Positions 42,923 through 53,524 are shown, counted from the first letter of the stretch. The stretch: 64,000 bases of DNA from an uncultured candidate division Zixibacteria bacterium (GCA_963801605.1 CAWDFP010000007.1:167885-231884), one strand, 5' to 3'. The notes: generated by a model not told the origin, from the sequence alone. A program made the numbers and translations.

Positions 42923-45900
42923 ATGGAGGGTCCCAAATTGCGTTTAGGCCTGGATATCGGCTCTGTATCATTATACCTGATCGTTTTAGATGACAATGAT
43001 TCGGTTATAAAATCCTATTATATCCGCCACAAAGGCGATCCCATTGGATGCGCGCAAAGCGCTATAATTCAGGCATCCAACGAATTTGGCGAATTTAAGT
43101 ACTGTGGTTTTACCGGCAACGGCGCGCTACAGCTTGCCAGGATAATGGAAGCTCCGTTCCTCAACGAATTTTCCGCTATCAGCGCTGCAGTCGCGAAACT
43201 GATACCATCGGCTCGCACCATATTCGAAATGGGCGGGCAGCAAGCGAAATATATTCATCTGGCATCCGATTCCGCAGGAAATGCAACCTCTCTCGATGAT
43301 TTTGCGGCCAGCGGCCTTTGCGCAGCGGGCACGGGCTCATTTCTGGATCAACAAGCCACTCGAATTGGAATTGATATCGAAACGGAGTTTGGCCAATTGG
43401 CAGTTCAGTCGGTTAATCCCCCGCATATTGCCGGACGGTGTTCCGTTTTTGCCAAATCAGATATGATTCACCATCAGCAGCGCGGCGTACCGGTGCAGGA
43501 CATTATCGCCGGTTTATGTTATGCTGTAGCCAGAAATTTTAAGGGTACGATAGCAAAATCAAAGAGACTTGATAAGCCCGTCGTATTCCTGGGCGGTGTG
43601 GCCTCGAATCCGGGAGTGGTCAAGGCGTTTACGGATGTCTTCGAGTTGACTGAAGGCGAGCTAATTGTTCCTGAATGGCATAAATTTGCCGGAGCGATCG
43701 GCGCGGCGAGTTTAGCCCGGGAATACAGCCTCGAAATTAATCAATTCAATGAGAAATGCCGTGAAGCCAGCTTATTGTCAGCATCGGGAATGCCGCGTAC
43801 CACTGCCCTATCCTATCTCTTTCCTGAGACCAAAAGCTATGATAAAACTCTTCGCGAGGAAAAACCTCGAAGCGACGTTAAAGCGGGATTTCTGGGAATC
43901 GATATCGGTTCACTTTCTACCAACGTAGTTTTAATAGACGAAAATTGTGAGGTCGTTTCTCGTCGGTATCTGATGACCGCGGGCCGTCCAATAGAGGCTA
44001 TGCAGCGCGGTCTGCGCGAAATCCGCGAGGAAATTGCGCCTGATTTCGAAGTGCTGGGAGTTGCTACCACAGGATCGGGACGATATCTCATCGGAGAGCT
44101 GGTCGGAGCCGATATTATCCGCAACGAAATAACCGCTCAGGCTACCGGGGGTGCTTATTTCGTACCTGACGCTGATACCATTTTCGAAATCGGCGGACAG
44201 GATTCGAAATATATCAGCCTCGATAACGGGGTGGTGGTCGATTTCGAAATGAACCGAGCCTGCGCGGCGGGTACTGGATCATTTTTGGAGGAGCAAGCCG
44301 AAAGATTAGCAATCAATATTAAAAAACAGTTTGCGGATTTGGCTTTCAGCGCCCCCAAGCCGGTTTCCTGCGGCGAGCGATGTACTGTATTTATGGAGTC
44401 CGATCTGGTTCGCTATGAACAAGGCGGAGCGTCAAAAGAGGAGATCACCGCGGGACTGGCGCTGGCTGTGGTTCATAATTATCTCAATAAGGTCGTTGGG
44501 CGGAAAAGGGTTGGAAATAAGATTCTGTTTCAGGGCGGCGTCGCCTGGAATAAGGCGGTAGTGGCAGCTTTTGAGACTGTGGTCGGTAAGGAAATCATGG
44601 TACCGCCGCATCATGATATAACCGGAGCCATTGGCGCCGCGATCCTGGTCAGAAATGTCAAGCCTGCGAAAACAAATTTCAAGGGATTCGATCTGGCGCT
44701 CAGAAAAATCGCGCAGGAAACATTTCGATGCGAAGACTGCGCCAATATGTGCAATATCACTCGCGTGATCGACAGCGGGCGGGAGCTTTATTATGGATCG
44801 CGCTGCGAGAAATATGACGCTGAGGGAAGCGCTAAGGGAACGGCCATTAATTCGGTTATTATTCGAAATCGCAAATTTTTCGCATCACCCGGCAAAACCG
44901 AAAAGTCTCGTCCCCTGACCGTCGGTCTCCCCAGAGCGCTCGCCAATTGGGAATATTATTATTTCTGGCGAAGATTTTTCGGTGAATTGGGAATCAAGGT
45001 ACTAATCTCCAAAGCCAGCGCCGGCGAGGTTATTCAGGAAGGCGTTGAATCGGTTGGCTCGGAAACATGTTTCCCGGTAAAGGTGGCGCATGGACATCTT
45101 ATAGATATAGCCAAACGAAAGCTCGATTTTATCTTTCTGCCATCGATTATTACTGGCGTGGAAAATCCTCCCAAAGGAACCAATAATTATTATTGCCCGT
45201 ATATCCAGGCATTTCCTTTTATCGCGGCGGCCTCGATCCGAGATCTTCAGGACAAAGATATAGTCTCCCCTGTTATCAGATTCGGCGAGGGGCTGGAGGC
45301 AGTGACCAGGGTTCTGTTCGCGGCGCTTAAGAAATATGAACTTACTGAAAAAGAAATTAGAAACGCCCTCGATAGCGCCATGCGGAAATTCGATGAATTC
45401 AAAAGAGAATTGATTGAATCTGGTAAGGAATATCTATCGACAATTTCCCATGATAGGCCGGGCATTCTTTTGATCGGACGGCCCTACAACAGCCTCGATC
45501 CGGGCGTCTCGATGGATATTGCCAAAAAACTAACCGATCTGGGCGTGACAGTCATTCCCATGGAGATGGCGCCCGTATTCGCGGACGATTTTGGTTTTGT
45601 CTACTGGCAAAGCGGTCGCCGGATTTTACGAGCCGCCAAGTTTGCCAGGCAGACTCCAAATTTATATCCTGTCTATATCAGTAATTTTGGCTGCGGACCT
45701 GATTCCTTTATTCTGCATCATTTCAAGCGCATCATGGGAGACAAACCGCATCTGATACTTGAGCTGGATGAACATTCAGCCGATGCCGGCCTCGTTACCC
45801 GTTGCGAAGCATTTCTTGATAGCCTGCCAAAGGGCGACAAAGCATTCCCGGCGCCGGAGCTTCAGCTTCACTCCAATGGCTACAAGCGTAAGCTCCTGAT

Positions 45901-47116
45901 TCCACGCATGTGCGATCATGCTAATCTATTCTCAGCAGCGTTACGCCGTTGCGGCCTCGATTCAGAGGTACTGGCGGAAACCGATTCCAGATCCCTTGAA
46001 CTTGGTAGAAAGAATACCGGAGGACGCGAATGCTATCCGGCGGTTTTAACCACCGGCGATCTGCTTCGCGAGCTTGAAAGACCGGGCGTTGATCCCAATA
46101 AGATCGCCTTCTTTATGCCGACTTCCGGCGGGCCATGCCGTTTCGGGCAATATCAGCAGCTTCACCAACAGATATTGGAAAACCTGGGGTATGGTGATGT
46201 ACCAGTTTATTCACCAACATCCGATAATTCCTACGGCACATTTCCGGAAACTGACAAATCGTTCCGCAGGCTGGCCTGGCGGGGATTTCTGACCGCGGAT
46301 TATATCAGAAAATTCCTGCTTCGGACCAGGCCATACGAAAACAATCCGGGAGCCGCGGATCAGATTTATCAGCGTTATATGGACGAGGCTACTCGCGATA
46401 TCGAACTCGGAGGAACTCATCTTCCGGAAATTATTCAAGCCTGTTATCAGGCCAACCAGAATATTATTGATTCTGGTATTAAGAAAAAGCCTCGGGTCGG
46501 AGTGATCGGCGAGATTTATATTCGCAATAATCCCTTTTCCAATAATCATCTGTTAGAAAAACTCGAATCGCAGGGGCTTGAAGCCGATATCGCCAGTTTC
46601 TCGGAGTGGATTCATTATACCACCGAGGAATATAAAACGGAGTCATGGAGAAAGCGCTCCTGGCGGGGAATGCTCAGCGCCACCATTAAAGCTTATATTC
46701 AAAAAAGAGATGAGCACTGGGTTATAAGTAATGTTATTGATGAACTTAACGGCGATCGGGAACATCCTATAAGGGAGGTGCTTGGGTATGCCGGGCCATA
46801 TTTGCCCATCTCAGTTGGCGGTGAGGCAATGCCCGCTATAGGCAAAGCGATCGACTTGATCAAGCATGGTTGCGTCGGGATAGTCAACACGCTTCCCTTT
46901 ACCTGTATGCCGGGTAATATTATCAATGCCATCTCGTCAAAAATAACCCGCGATTTTAATAATATCCCCTGGCTTAATATGGCTTACGAGGGCGCCTCCG
47001 GAGAAAACGATTTAGTACGAATTGGGGCGTTTGCAGAGAGCGTCAAATCATGGGCGGCACTCAATTCCTCCGATGAAAAGCTAAAAGATGCCGAATTCTC
47101 TAAATTAAGGCGATAG
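42923..47116 (+). CDS. Fusion protein: two BadF/BadG/BcrA/BcrD-type (CoA-substrate-specific enzyme) activase ATPase domains plus an HgdB/DUF2229-like 2-hydroxyacyl-CoA dehydratase-like C-terminal region
   Basis: Two acetate/sugar-kinase-fold modules ('LGLDIGSVS...AAGTGSFLD' and 'LGIDIGSLST...AAGTGSFLE'), then a Cys-containing dehydratase-like region; 1397 aa. Confidence 0.7.
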   Translation: MEGPKLRLGLDIGSVSLYLIVLDDNDSVIKSYYIRHKGDPIGCAQSAIIQASNEFGEFKYCGFTGNGALQLARIMEAPFLNEFSAISAAVAKLIPSARTIFEMGGQQAKYIHLASDSAGNATSLDDFAASGLCAAGTGSFLDQQATRIGIDIETEFGQLAVQSVNPPHIAGRCSVFAKSDMIHHQQRGVPVQDIIAGLCYAVARNFKGTIAKSKRLDKPVVFLGGVASNPGVVKAFTDVFELTEGELIVPEWHKFAGAIGAASLAREYSLEINQFNEKCREASLLSASGMPRTTALSYLFPETKSYDKTLREEKPRSDVKAGFLGIDIGSLSTNVVLIDENCEVVSRRYLMTAGRPIEAMQRGLREIREEIAPDFEVLGVATTGSGRYLIGELVGADIIRNEITAQATGGAYFVPDADTIFEIGGQDSKYISLDNGVVVDFEMNRACAAGTGSFLEEQAERLAINIKKQFADLAFSAPKPVSCGERCTVFMESDLVRYEQGGASKEEITAGLALAVVHNYLNKVVGRKRVGNKILFQGGVAWNKAVVAAFETVVGKEIMVPPHHDITGAIGAAILVRNVKPAKTNFKGFDLALRKIAQETFRCEDCANMCNITRVIDSGRELYYGSRCEKYDAEGSAKGTAINSVIIRNRKFFASPGKTEKSRPLTVGLPRALANWEYYYFWRRFFGELGIKVLISKASAGEVIQEGVESVGSETCFPVKVAHGHLIDIAKRKLDFIFLPSIITGVENPPKGTNNYYCPYIQAFPFIAAASIRDLQDKDIVSPVIRFGEGLEAVTRVLFAALKKYELTEKEIRNALDSAMRKFDEFKRELIESGKEYLSTISHDRPGILLIGRPYNSLDPGVSMDIAKKLTDLGVTVIPMEMAPVFADDFGFVYWQSGRRILRAAKFARQTPNLYPVYISNFGCGPDSFILHHFKRIMGDKPHLILELDEHSADAGLVTRCEAFLDSLPKGDKAFPAPELQLHSNGYKRKLLIPRMCDHANLFSAALRRCGLDSEVLAETDSRSLELGRKNTGGRECYPAVLTTGDLLRELERPGVDPNKIAFFMPTSGGPCRFGQYQQLHQQILENLGYGDVPVYSPTSDNSYGTFPETDKSFRRLAWRGFLTADYIRKFLLRTRPYENNPGAADQIYQRYMDEATRDIELGGTHLPEIIQACYQANQNIIDSGIKKKPRVGVIGEIYIRNNPFSNNHLLEKLESQGLEADIASFSEWIHYTTEEYKTESWRKRSWRGMLSATIKAYIQKRDEHWVISNVIDELNGDREHPIREVLGYAGPYLPISVGGEAMPAIGKAIDLIKHGCVGIVNTLPFTCMPGNIINAISSKITRDFNNIPWLNMAYEGASGENDLVRIGAFAESVKSWAALNSSDEKLKDAEFSKLRR

Positions 47117-47132
47117 AATAATTTTTAGAATT

Positions 47133-47175
47133 AAAAAAAAGGCGGCACTATTACGGTTGCCGCCTTAATTGTTTT
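47133..47175. terminator. Bidirectional Rho-independent terminator between convergent genes
   Basis: A8 - ggcggcac tattacgg ttgccgcc - ttaattgtttt; a perfect 7-8 bp GC stem flanked by A- and T-runs. Confidence 0.65.
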
Positions 47176-47193
47176 CGAATTTACCAATAATAA

Positions 47194-48477
47194 CTAATCT
47201 ACCAATACCTTCTCAAGCCGTTCCAGCAGATAATCGCACTCATCATTATTGATGATGAGCGGAGGCGATATCCTGATTGTATGGCCGTGGCTATCGTTGG
47301 CAAGAACACCGAGATCGAGCAACTTGCGGCAATAAACCATGGCGTCACCGGCTTTAACTTCGATGCCAATAAACAAGCCTCTGCCCCGCACTTCTTTGAC
47401 ATGTGTCGAACGGCTGGCGATATCGAGAATTTTCTTTTTCAAAATTGCACCCTGCGAGGCAGACCGAGCGGGCAAATCCTCGTTGACTATTACATCGAGC
47501 GCGGCGTTGCCGGCTACACATGCCAACGGATAACCGCCAAATGTCGAGCCGTCCTGACCGGGTTGGAAGCACATATCCATGATGGCAGTATTGGTGACGA
47601 ATACGGAAACCGGCACCAAGCCGCCTGCTATCGCTTTGCCAAGGATCAGACCATCGGGAACAACATTCTCATGCTGAAAACAAAACATCTTGCCGGTACG
47701 CCCAAGACCGACCTGGATTTCATCGAATATCAACATTAAATCATTCTTGTCAGCAATCTCCCGTAAACCTTTTAGGAATCCCTCGGGAGGCATATACATG
47801 CCGCCCTCGCCCTGCATTGGTTCGACTAATATACCGCAGGTATTCTTATTGACGGCTTTCTCGACGGCGCTGATATCGCCATATTCGACACTCACAAATC
47901 CCGGGGTTAAAGGGCCAAAACCGGTTTTGTATTTGGCGGTGGTGGAAAAGGAGATTATCGTAATCATGCGGCCATGGAAATTATTGTTGAAAACAATGAT
48001 CTCCTGTTTGCCGTCGGGAATTCCCTTGGATTTATAACCGTAGAATCTGGCGCATTTGATGGCGGTTTCAACTGATTCGACTCCGCCATTTTTGGGAAGC
48101 ACTTTGTTGCCATTATTTCCAAAACGAGGGCCAAGTTGAGGAGTCAGGTCGGCAACCTTCTTGAGAAAAACGCCCAAGGCATCGGTATAGACCACATTGG
48201 AAATCACAGAGGCGTAATTGCCCTCAAGCGCCTCGACCAAAGCCGCTACGATTTTGGGATGATGATGGCCGGCGTTGGCGGCGGAATAAGCAGCCAGGCA
48301 ATCCAGGTATTCCTTATCGTCCATACTCGTAAGCCAGCAACCCTTAGTTTTTCGCACCACCAAATTCAGCCGTCCATAATGATGGGCCCCATTAGTCTTC
48401 TCAAAATTGACGATATCCTCGTCGGGAATATTTGAGAAGCCTATTTTTTCTGTATGCGCAATATTATAGTTTTTCAT
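47194..48477 (-). CDS. Class III PLP-dependent aminotransferase (ornithine/acetylornithine aminotransferase family)
   Basis: 'FDEIQVGLGRTGKMF' and 'DGLILGKAIAGG' (PLP-Lys); 427 aa. Confidence 0.75.
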   Translation of the reverse strand: MKNYNIAHTEKIGFSNIPDEDIVNFEKTNGAHHYGRLNLVVRKTKGCWLTSMDDKEYLDCLAAYSAANAGHHHPKIVAALVEALEGNYASVISNVVYTDALGVFLKKVADLTPQLGPRFGNNGNKVLPKNGGVESVETAIKCARFYGYKSKGIPDGKQEIIVFNNNFHGRMITIISFSTTAKYKTGFGPLTPGFVSVEYGDISAVEKAVNKNTCGILVEPMQGEGGMYMPPEGFLKGLREIADKNDLMLIFDEIQVGLGRTGKMFCFQHENVVPDGLILGKAIAGGLVPVSVFVTNTAIMDMCFQPGQDGSTFGGYPLACVAGNAALDVIVNEDLPARSASQGAILKKKILDIASRSTHVKEVRGRGLFIGIEVKAGDAMVYCRKLLDLGVLANDSHGHTIRISPPLIINNDECDYLLERLEKVLVD

Positions 48478-48873
48478 GGAAAACTCCTTTTATCGCTAAA
48501 TTGAATACTGATTTTTCGGGAATTAATACAATGGGGACAGAAAAGCTTACAGCTGGCCTTTGAGGTAAATACGCCACATCATACGGCGTATTAAAAGCAT
48601 CGAAACATCGCTATTTTTAGGTCTCCTCATCACGGACATAACCTACTATCATTTAAGGGTTTTGTCAAGGATTTTCGAGGCCGATTTGGATGCCATGGAT
48701 GTTCTTTAGAGCCTCTCCCCTAATTAGAATACTGGAAATCCCGGGGATTTGTTTCACTTAAGAAGGATATCGATTTAAAGGTAAATTAATTAATGATTAG
48801 AGGAAAAACCGAGTGTTAAGGCATTTACTTAATTCACAGACTATGAAGTCCAGTCAAAACTAACCGGTCGAAT

Positions 48874-50217
48874 TTATATAGATTTAGTTTTCCATCGTCC
48901 GGTTCTAAACCAGATGAAGATGGCGATACCTTTTATAATTGTCGAGATGGTAATAGCCCAAAAGATGCCTGACGGCCCCATGCCCATTGGTATCGCCAGA
49001 AAATATGAAAGTGGAATGCGCAAAAGCGTCCCCGGAATGGAGACAATCATAGGAGGAAGAGTGTTGCCAGCGCCCGCAAATGCGCCTTCGAGAACAAATT
49101 CCAGAGCCATGAAAACCTGTGAGAATGCGATAATACGCAGATACGATCCGGCAATCTTGATGACTTCGGGATCTGTTGTCAATATCGCCGGGATTTTCTC
49201 TGAGAAAAAGAAAAATGCCAGTCCAAATATAAATGTTATCGATGTTATTATACTCAGCGTTGTATAGGCCGCCTTGGTTGCTCGCTCCGGTTGCCTGGCG
49301 CCAAGGTTTTGCCCTACCATGGTTGAGGCAGCAATATAGAAACCGAAACAGGTCATGTACGAAATCGATTCAGCCCGATTGCCAACCGGAATAGCGGCCA
49401 CGGCCACTGTGCCGAATTCGGACATGATCCGAGTCATGGCAAGATATACGAAAGCGAAATTGATCGACGCCAGCGATGTCGGCAGGCCGATTTTGACCAT
49501 TTTCCAAATAATAGAAAAATCAATCTTACCCTTTATAGACGGCAGGATTCGAAATGGAATCTTCCCCTTGAGAACAAAATAGAATCCCAGGCCAAGCGCC
49601 AGCGTATGGGCAGTTGATGTCGCGATAGCCGCTCCCATAGTCTCCAGGCGCGGAAATATCCAAATACCGTAGATAAGAAGAATATCTAAAACTATATTTG
49701 TCGCTACAGCGGTGATCATAACGATCATCGGCGTGGTAGTATCACCTATGGCGCGAAAGATGGCGCCGATTGTCTCGGCAATAAATAATGATGGCGCCGC
49801 AAGGAATATTATTTGAAGATAGATTCGTCCCATGCGTTCGACATCGGGAGCTAAATTGAGCATATGATAAATATTGTGCGAAAAGATGACACCCAAAGCG
49901 CCAAATCCTACAGAGAATATTGCCGCGAATTTGATTATATGTTTGGCTTTTTCCGAGGCAGCCTCAAGTTCACCGGCCCCATAATGTCGAGAGATCATTG
50001 CCACTGTGCCCACCGCGAAAACATCCATGAGTGAGAATATCAGCCAAACAACAAAACCAGCCGATCCGACCGCCGCCACTTGCGCCGCACCCAGATGTCC
50101 AACCAGCCCGGTATCGATCAGGTTGTTTAGCACAATGGCAAACATCGAAAACAGCGCCGGGACTGCCAGCGCTACCACATGACGGGGGATTGACCCTTGT
50201 GTAAGATCTCGTGCCAT
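48874..50217 (-). CDS. MATE family efflux transporter
   Basis: 12-TM profile, N-terminal 'LTQGSIPRHVVALAVPALFSM...NNLIDTGLVGHLG'; 447 aa. Confidence 0.8.
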   Translation of the reverse strand: MARDLTQGSIPRHVVALAVPALFSMFAIVLNNLIDTGLVGHLGAAQVAAVGSAGFVVWLIFSLMDVFAVGTVAMISRHYGAGELEAASEKAKHIIKFAAIFSVGFGALGVIFSHNIYHMLNLAPDVERMGRIYLQIIFLAAPSLFIAETIGAIFRAIGDTTTPMIVMITAVATNIVLDILLIYGIWIFPRLETMGAAIATSTAHTLALGLGFYFVLKGKIPFRILPSIKGKIDFSIIWKMVKIGLPTSLASINFAFVYLAMTRIMSEFGTVAVAAIPVGNRAESISYMTCFGFYIAASTMVGQNLGARQPERATKAAYTTLSIITSITFIFGLAFFFFSEKIPAILTTDPEVIKIAGSYLRIIAFSQVFMALEFVLEGAFAGAGNTLPPMIVSIPGTLLRIPLSYFLAIPMGMGPSGIFWAITISTIIKGIAIFIWFRTGRWKTKSI

Positions 50218-50344
50218 AATAAAATGCCCCGGCCATTCGGGCGGGGCGTTACCTCAAGATAGCAATACGTCAGTATAGGCGCAAGGTTTCTATGGAACTG
50301 CTGTAAATTTTCTATTGATCTAAATATTATAAATCTAAAATATT

Positions 50345-50512
50345 CCGCCTGGTGTCGGGTCTCCGCACCCGACACCTTAAGCGATCAGCTTCGGAGTCCT
50401 GAGCGCACAGGATTTTCGGGGCGGCCGAGGAGGGCTGCCATCCAAAACGCTTACAGGGTAACATGCTTATCCCGTCTTCGACGGGACAAGCATGCCACCC
50501 AGGTTTTCGTAG
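50345..50512 (+). ncRNA. Candidate structured RNA / GC-rich palindromic element (unclassified)
   Basis: Local GC is far above the flanks. Consecutive near-perfect hairpins: ggtgtcgggt-ctccgca-cccgacacc; gcgatcag-cUUCGg-...ctgagcgc; catgcttatcccgtc-UUCG-gacgggacaagcatg. The cUUCGg tetraloops occur only on the + strand. Confidence 0.3.
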
Positions 50513-50515
50513 GTG

Positions 50516-51132
50516 CTACAAATTCAAGAAATATGTTGAGACCGGATGAAAGCTTTTACGATGAATAGGACAAGGTCCTAAGCGCAGGAGATTAGCCAAA
50601 TGCTCTTCGGTGCCATATCCCTTGTGTTTCGCGAAACCATATTCGGGATACTGCTCACTGAATTTGCACATTAACTCGTCTCGATGAGTCTTAGCGAGAA
50701 TCGAGGCTGCCGCTATGCAGGCTTCCGATCTATCGCCTCCGATAATGGCCCGCTGCTCATAAATCAAATCTGGTATTTTCATGTGGCCATCGACAAGAAT
50801 AAGTTCGGGTTCAATTCCCAACCCGGCAATAGCCTGACGCATCGCCAGAAATGTCGCTTGAAGGATATTGATCTTATCGACAGTCTCAGGATCAACGACG
50901 CCTATGCCCCACCGGCACGATGAGTTGATTATTCGGCGCGTTGAAATTCGCGCTGCCTGGGAGTCAGTCGTTTGGAATCATCGATACCTTCAGTCGAAAA
51001 ATCTGAACTCAAGATAACAGCCGCCGCTACAACCGGACCAGCCAATGGTCCCCGACCGGCCTCATCCACTCCGCAAATCAAGCCGGATCGCCTTCCGGGA
51101 TGATTTTTCTTTTGGCCGGACTTTTCGAGCAT
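50516..51132 (-). CDS. rnhB: Ribonuclease HII, frameshifted near 50925
   Basis: '[23 protein letters not shown]...DSKRL' in ORF 50929..51132; '[30 protein letters not shown]...LVDGHMK...[12 protein letters not shown]' in ORF 50516..50842 and its upstream extension. Confidence 0.8.
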
Positions 51133-51212
51133 TGCTGGAATTCCTAACTCCTGATAATTGCCTGAGTAATATGCCTGAGGATTATTTTATAATGAGAAGC
51201 CGTTATATTTCA

Positions 51213-51260
51213 CCAAAAAAAAGTGAGGACTGAGAATTAATTTTCCCCAGTCCTCAGCAC
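51213..51260 (-). terminator. Rho-independent terminator after rplS
   Basis: On the minus strand, tgaggactg...cagtcctca stem followed by a T8 run (A8 at 51215-51222 on +); 20 nt after the rplS stop. Confidence 0.6.
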
Positions 51261-51277
51261 TCAGTCCTCAGTCCTGA

Positions 51278-51625
51278 CTATTCTTCCCGTTTTTCGTCGA
51301 TACGAGCTTTCTTGCCTTTGAGGTCGCGAAGATAATAAAGTTTGGCCCGTTTAACTCGACCCTGCTTAATCAACTCAATCTTGGCGACATTAGGCGAGTG
51401 TAATGGAAATACTCTTTCCACTCCAACGCCCGCAGATACCTTGCGCACCGTAAAAGCCTGCGAAATACCGCTTCCGCCTCTGGCAATGACTGTACCCTGG
51501 AAGATCTGAATTCTCTCTTTATCGCCTTCCTTGATCTTAACATGAACCCTGATGGTGTCTCCCGGGGAGAACTCAGGGATATCGGATTTGCGATATTTTG
51601 TCTCAAGCGCCTTTAGAAGCGACAT
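51278..51625 (-). CDS. rplS: 50S ribosomal protein L19
   Basis: '[35 protein letters not shown]'; 115 aa. Confidence 0.9.
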   Translation of the reverse strand: MSLLKALETKYRKSDIPEFSPGDTIRVHVKIKEGDKERIQIFQGTVIARGGSGISQAFTVRKVSAGVGVERVFPLHSPNVAKIELIKQGRVKRAKLYYLRDLKGKKARIDEKREE

Positions 51626-51639
51626 AACACTACTCCTCT

Positions 51640-52362
51640 TTATTTAACGTATTCGTTCAATATCTTTGCTTCTTCACCATTAAGTTCCCTGCCAATCAAC
51701 ATATCAGGGCGCTTGGTCTTGGTGCGCCAGATGGCGTTACCCAGCCGCCAACGGCGAATATTCTCATGATGTCCCGATATCAGCACCTCGGGAACCCGGT
51801 GCCCCTCGAAAACCTCGGGTCTGGTATATTCCTCAGCCCCCAGAAATCCCGAATAATGCGAATCCTCGGCGGCCGAGCCAAAGTCCTTGAGAGTTCCCGG
51901 CAAAAGCCGCAATATTGCGTCGGCCATAACAATCGCGGCATATTCGCCGCCGGTGAGGACATAGTCTCCAATCGAGACTTCCCTTAAATGTGCAATCTCA
52001 ATAGCCCGCTGGTCAACACCTTTGTAATGCCCGCAGACGATTATTATCCATTCTTTCCCGGAAAATTCTTTGGCCATTTGTTGGTCAAATAGATCGCCTC
52101 CGGCTGACGTAATCAACCTGACGGCTTTTTCATCGGGATCGATCTTTCTGACTGCTTCAATTATCGGCTCCGGTTTTAAAACCATCCCCGGTCCGCCGCC
52201 GTAGGGAATATCATCTACGACCTTGTGTTTATCGGATGTAAAATCACGTAGATCGTGTACCTTAATATCAAAAATGCCATTTTCGCGGCCACGTCCGATC
52301 AGGCTTTCCGAAAGTGGATAGTCAACCATATTGGGGAAGATTGTTATAATGTCGACTCTCAT
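51640..52362 (-). CDS. trmD: tRNA (guanine37-N1)-methyltransferase
   Basis: '[13 protein letters not shown]', '[12 protein letters not shown]', '[13 protein letters not shown]'; 240 aa. Confidence 0.9.
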   Translation of the reverse strand: MRVDIITIFPNMVDYPLSESLIGRGRENGIFDIKVHDLRDFTSDKHKVVDDIPYGGGPGMVLKPEPIIEAVRKIDPDEKAVRLITSAGGDLFDQQMAKEFSGKEWIIIVCGHYKGVDQRAIEIAHLREVSIGDYVLTGGEYAAIVMADAILRLLPGTLKDFGSAAEDSHYSGFLGAEEYTRPEVFEGHRVPEVLISGHHENIRRWRLGNAIWRTKTKRPDMLIGRELNGEEAKILNEYVK

Positions 52363-52367
52363 AAATA

Positions 52368-52865
52368 CTAATATAAACCTTCGAGTTTTTTAATCACAAT
52401 CCTTTTATTCTTTACATCTACCGAAATTACTACTTGCTTAATAAGCGGAATTAAAATTTCCCCGCTCTCGCCAATTACACTTAAAACATCGTTTGCCGAG
52501 AGATAATCGATGCCTCTAACCTTGCCTAAGTGCTTGCCGTTCTCCTCGAATACATCGCAGCCTTCGAGCTGGTAATGATAATACTCCCCGTCTTCGAGAC
52601 CGACCAGATCCTTTTCCTCGATCAGTACCTCTCCACCCTGCCAAAACTGGGCTGCCTTGTCATCGTCGATCCCAATCAGCTTAATTACGATACGCTCATG
52701 AATAAATTTGACCGAGTCGATGACGCAGTTTTGGCCGCTGTTATCCTTTTGAAGGGTAACCTCAATACCTGGTCGGAGACTTTGAGTGTTTGGCCGATAA
52801 GGAATGACCGCCAGCTCTCCTCTGAACCCTCGTGGCTTATTTATGTATGCCACAGAAATTTTCAT
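52368..52865 (-). CDS. rimM: Ribosome maturation factor RimM
   Basis: N-terminal RimM beta-barrel plus PRC barrel; conserved position within the ffh-rpsP-rimM-trmD-rplS operon. Confidence 0.8.
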   Translation of the reverse strand: MKISVAYINKPRGFRGELAVIPYRPNTQSLRPGIEVTLQKDNSGQNCVIDSVKFIHERIVIKLIGIDDDKAAQFWQGGEVLIEEKDLVGLEDGEYYHYQLEGCDVFEENGKHLGKVRGIDYLSANDVLSVIGESGEILIPLIKQVVISVDVKNKRIVIKKLEGLY

Positions 52866-52902
52866 GCCGAAACTGGCGGTCCGACAAGACTCGTGAGCTG
52901 GT

Positions 52903-53133
52903 CTATTCCAATATCTCCAAAAGGGCTCGTTTGCCTTTTTTCGCCGAAACAGCCGAAATTAAAATCCGGATAGCCTTGGCCGTTTGCCCTTTTCTTCCAA
53001 TAACCTTTCCCAGATCTTCTTGGAAAACGCGGAGTTCATAAACGGTCGTCTTTTCGCCCTCAACTTCAGCTACTTTAACGTCGTCAGGATGATCGACCAG
53101 TGCTCGTGCGATGAATTCGATAAACTCCTTCAC
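52903..53133 (-). CDS. KH-domain RNA-binding protein (YlqC/UPF0109 family)
   Basis: '[15 protein letters not shown]' is a KH GxxG loop; 76 aa between rpsP and rimM, as is typical. Confidence 0.8.
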   Translation of the reverse strand: MKEFIEFIARALVDHPDDVKVAEVEGEKTTVYELRVFQEDLGKVIGRKGQTAKAIRILISAVSAKKGKRALLEILE

Positions 53134-53179
53134 ATTTCCTCCTTAGTTGAAATAGAATATGAGGCTCAATAGGAAACAG

Positions 53180-53524
53180 CTACTTGGCTGCCTTAGCCTT
53201 TCTCTTCTTTGTTCTTTCCGTGACAGTCGTTTTCAGTTCCAGTGCCGAAACGTCCTCACCTTTCTTTTTCCTGGTCCACTTTTCCAGGAGACCAGTTTCT
53301 TTTAACAACGAATTTACCGTGTCGGATGTTTCAGCGCCCTTCTCCAACCAGGTAATTATTTTGTCCCCATCGAGGGTAACTTTGCCCGGTTTTTCCAATG
53401 GATGATAATACCCAAGTACCTCAATGAATCGTCCGTCCCGCGGATTGCGCGAATCGGTCGCTACCAGCCTGTAATATGGGCGATTCCTGGTTCCCATCCG
53501 ACGTAATCTGATCGTAACTGCCAC
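53180..53524 (-). CDS. rpsP: 30S ribosomal protein S16
   Basis: 'MAVTIRLRRMGTRNRPYYRLVATDSRNPRDGRFIEVLGYYHP'. Confidence 0.9.
   Translation of the reverse strand: MAVTIRLRRMGTRNRPYYRLVATDSRNPRDGRFIEVLGYYHPLEKPGKVTLDGDKIITWLEKGAETSDTVNSLLKETGLLEKWTRKKKGEDVSALELKTTVTERTKKRKAKAAK

Noticed and set aside
50345-50512. Identification of the hairpin cluster as SRP RNA, tmRNA, RNase P RNA or a cobalamin/guanidine/fluoride riboswitch
   Set aside because: None of the diagnostic consensus motifs could be found on either strand: GGAAGGAAGCAGC for SRP, the tRNA-like ends and tag ORF for tmRNA, GGAAAGUCCGG for RNase P, the GCCACUG B12 box. It is kept only as an unclassified candidate.
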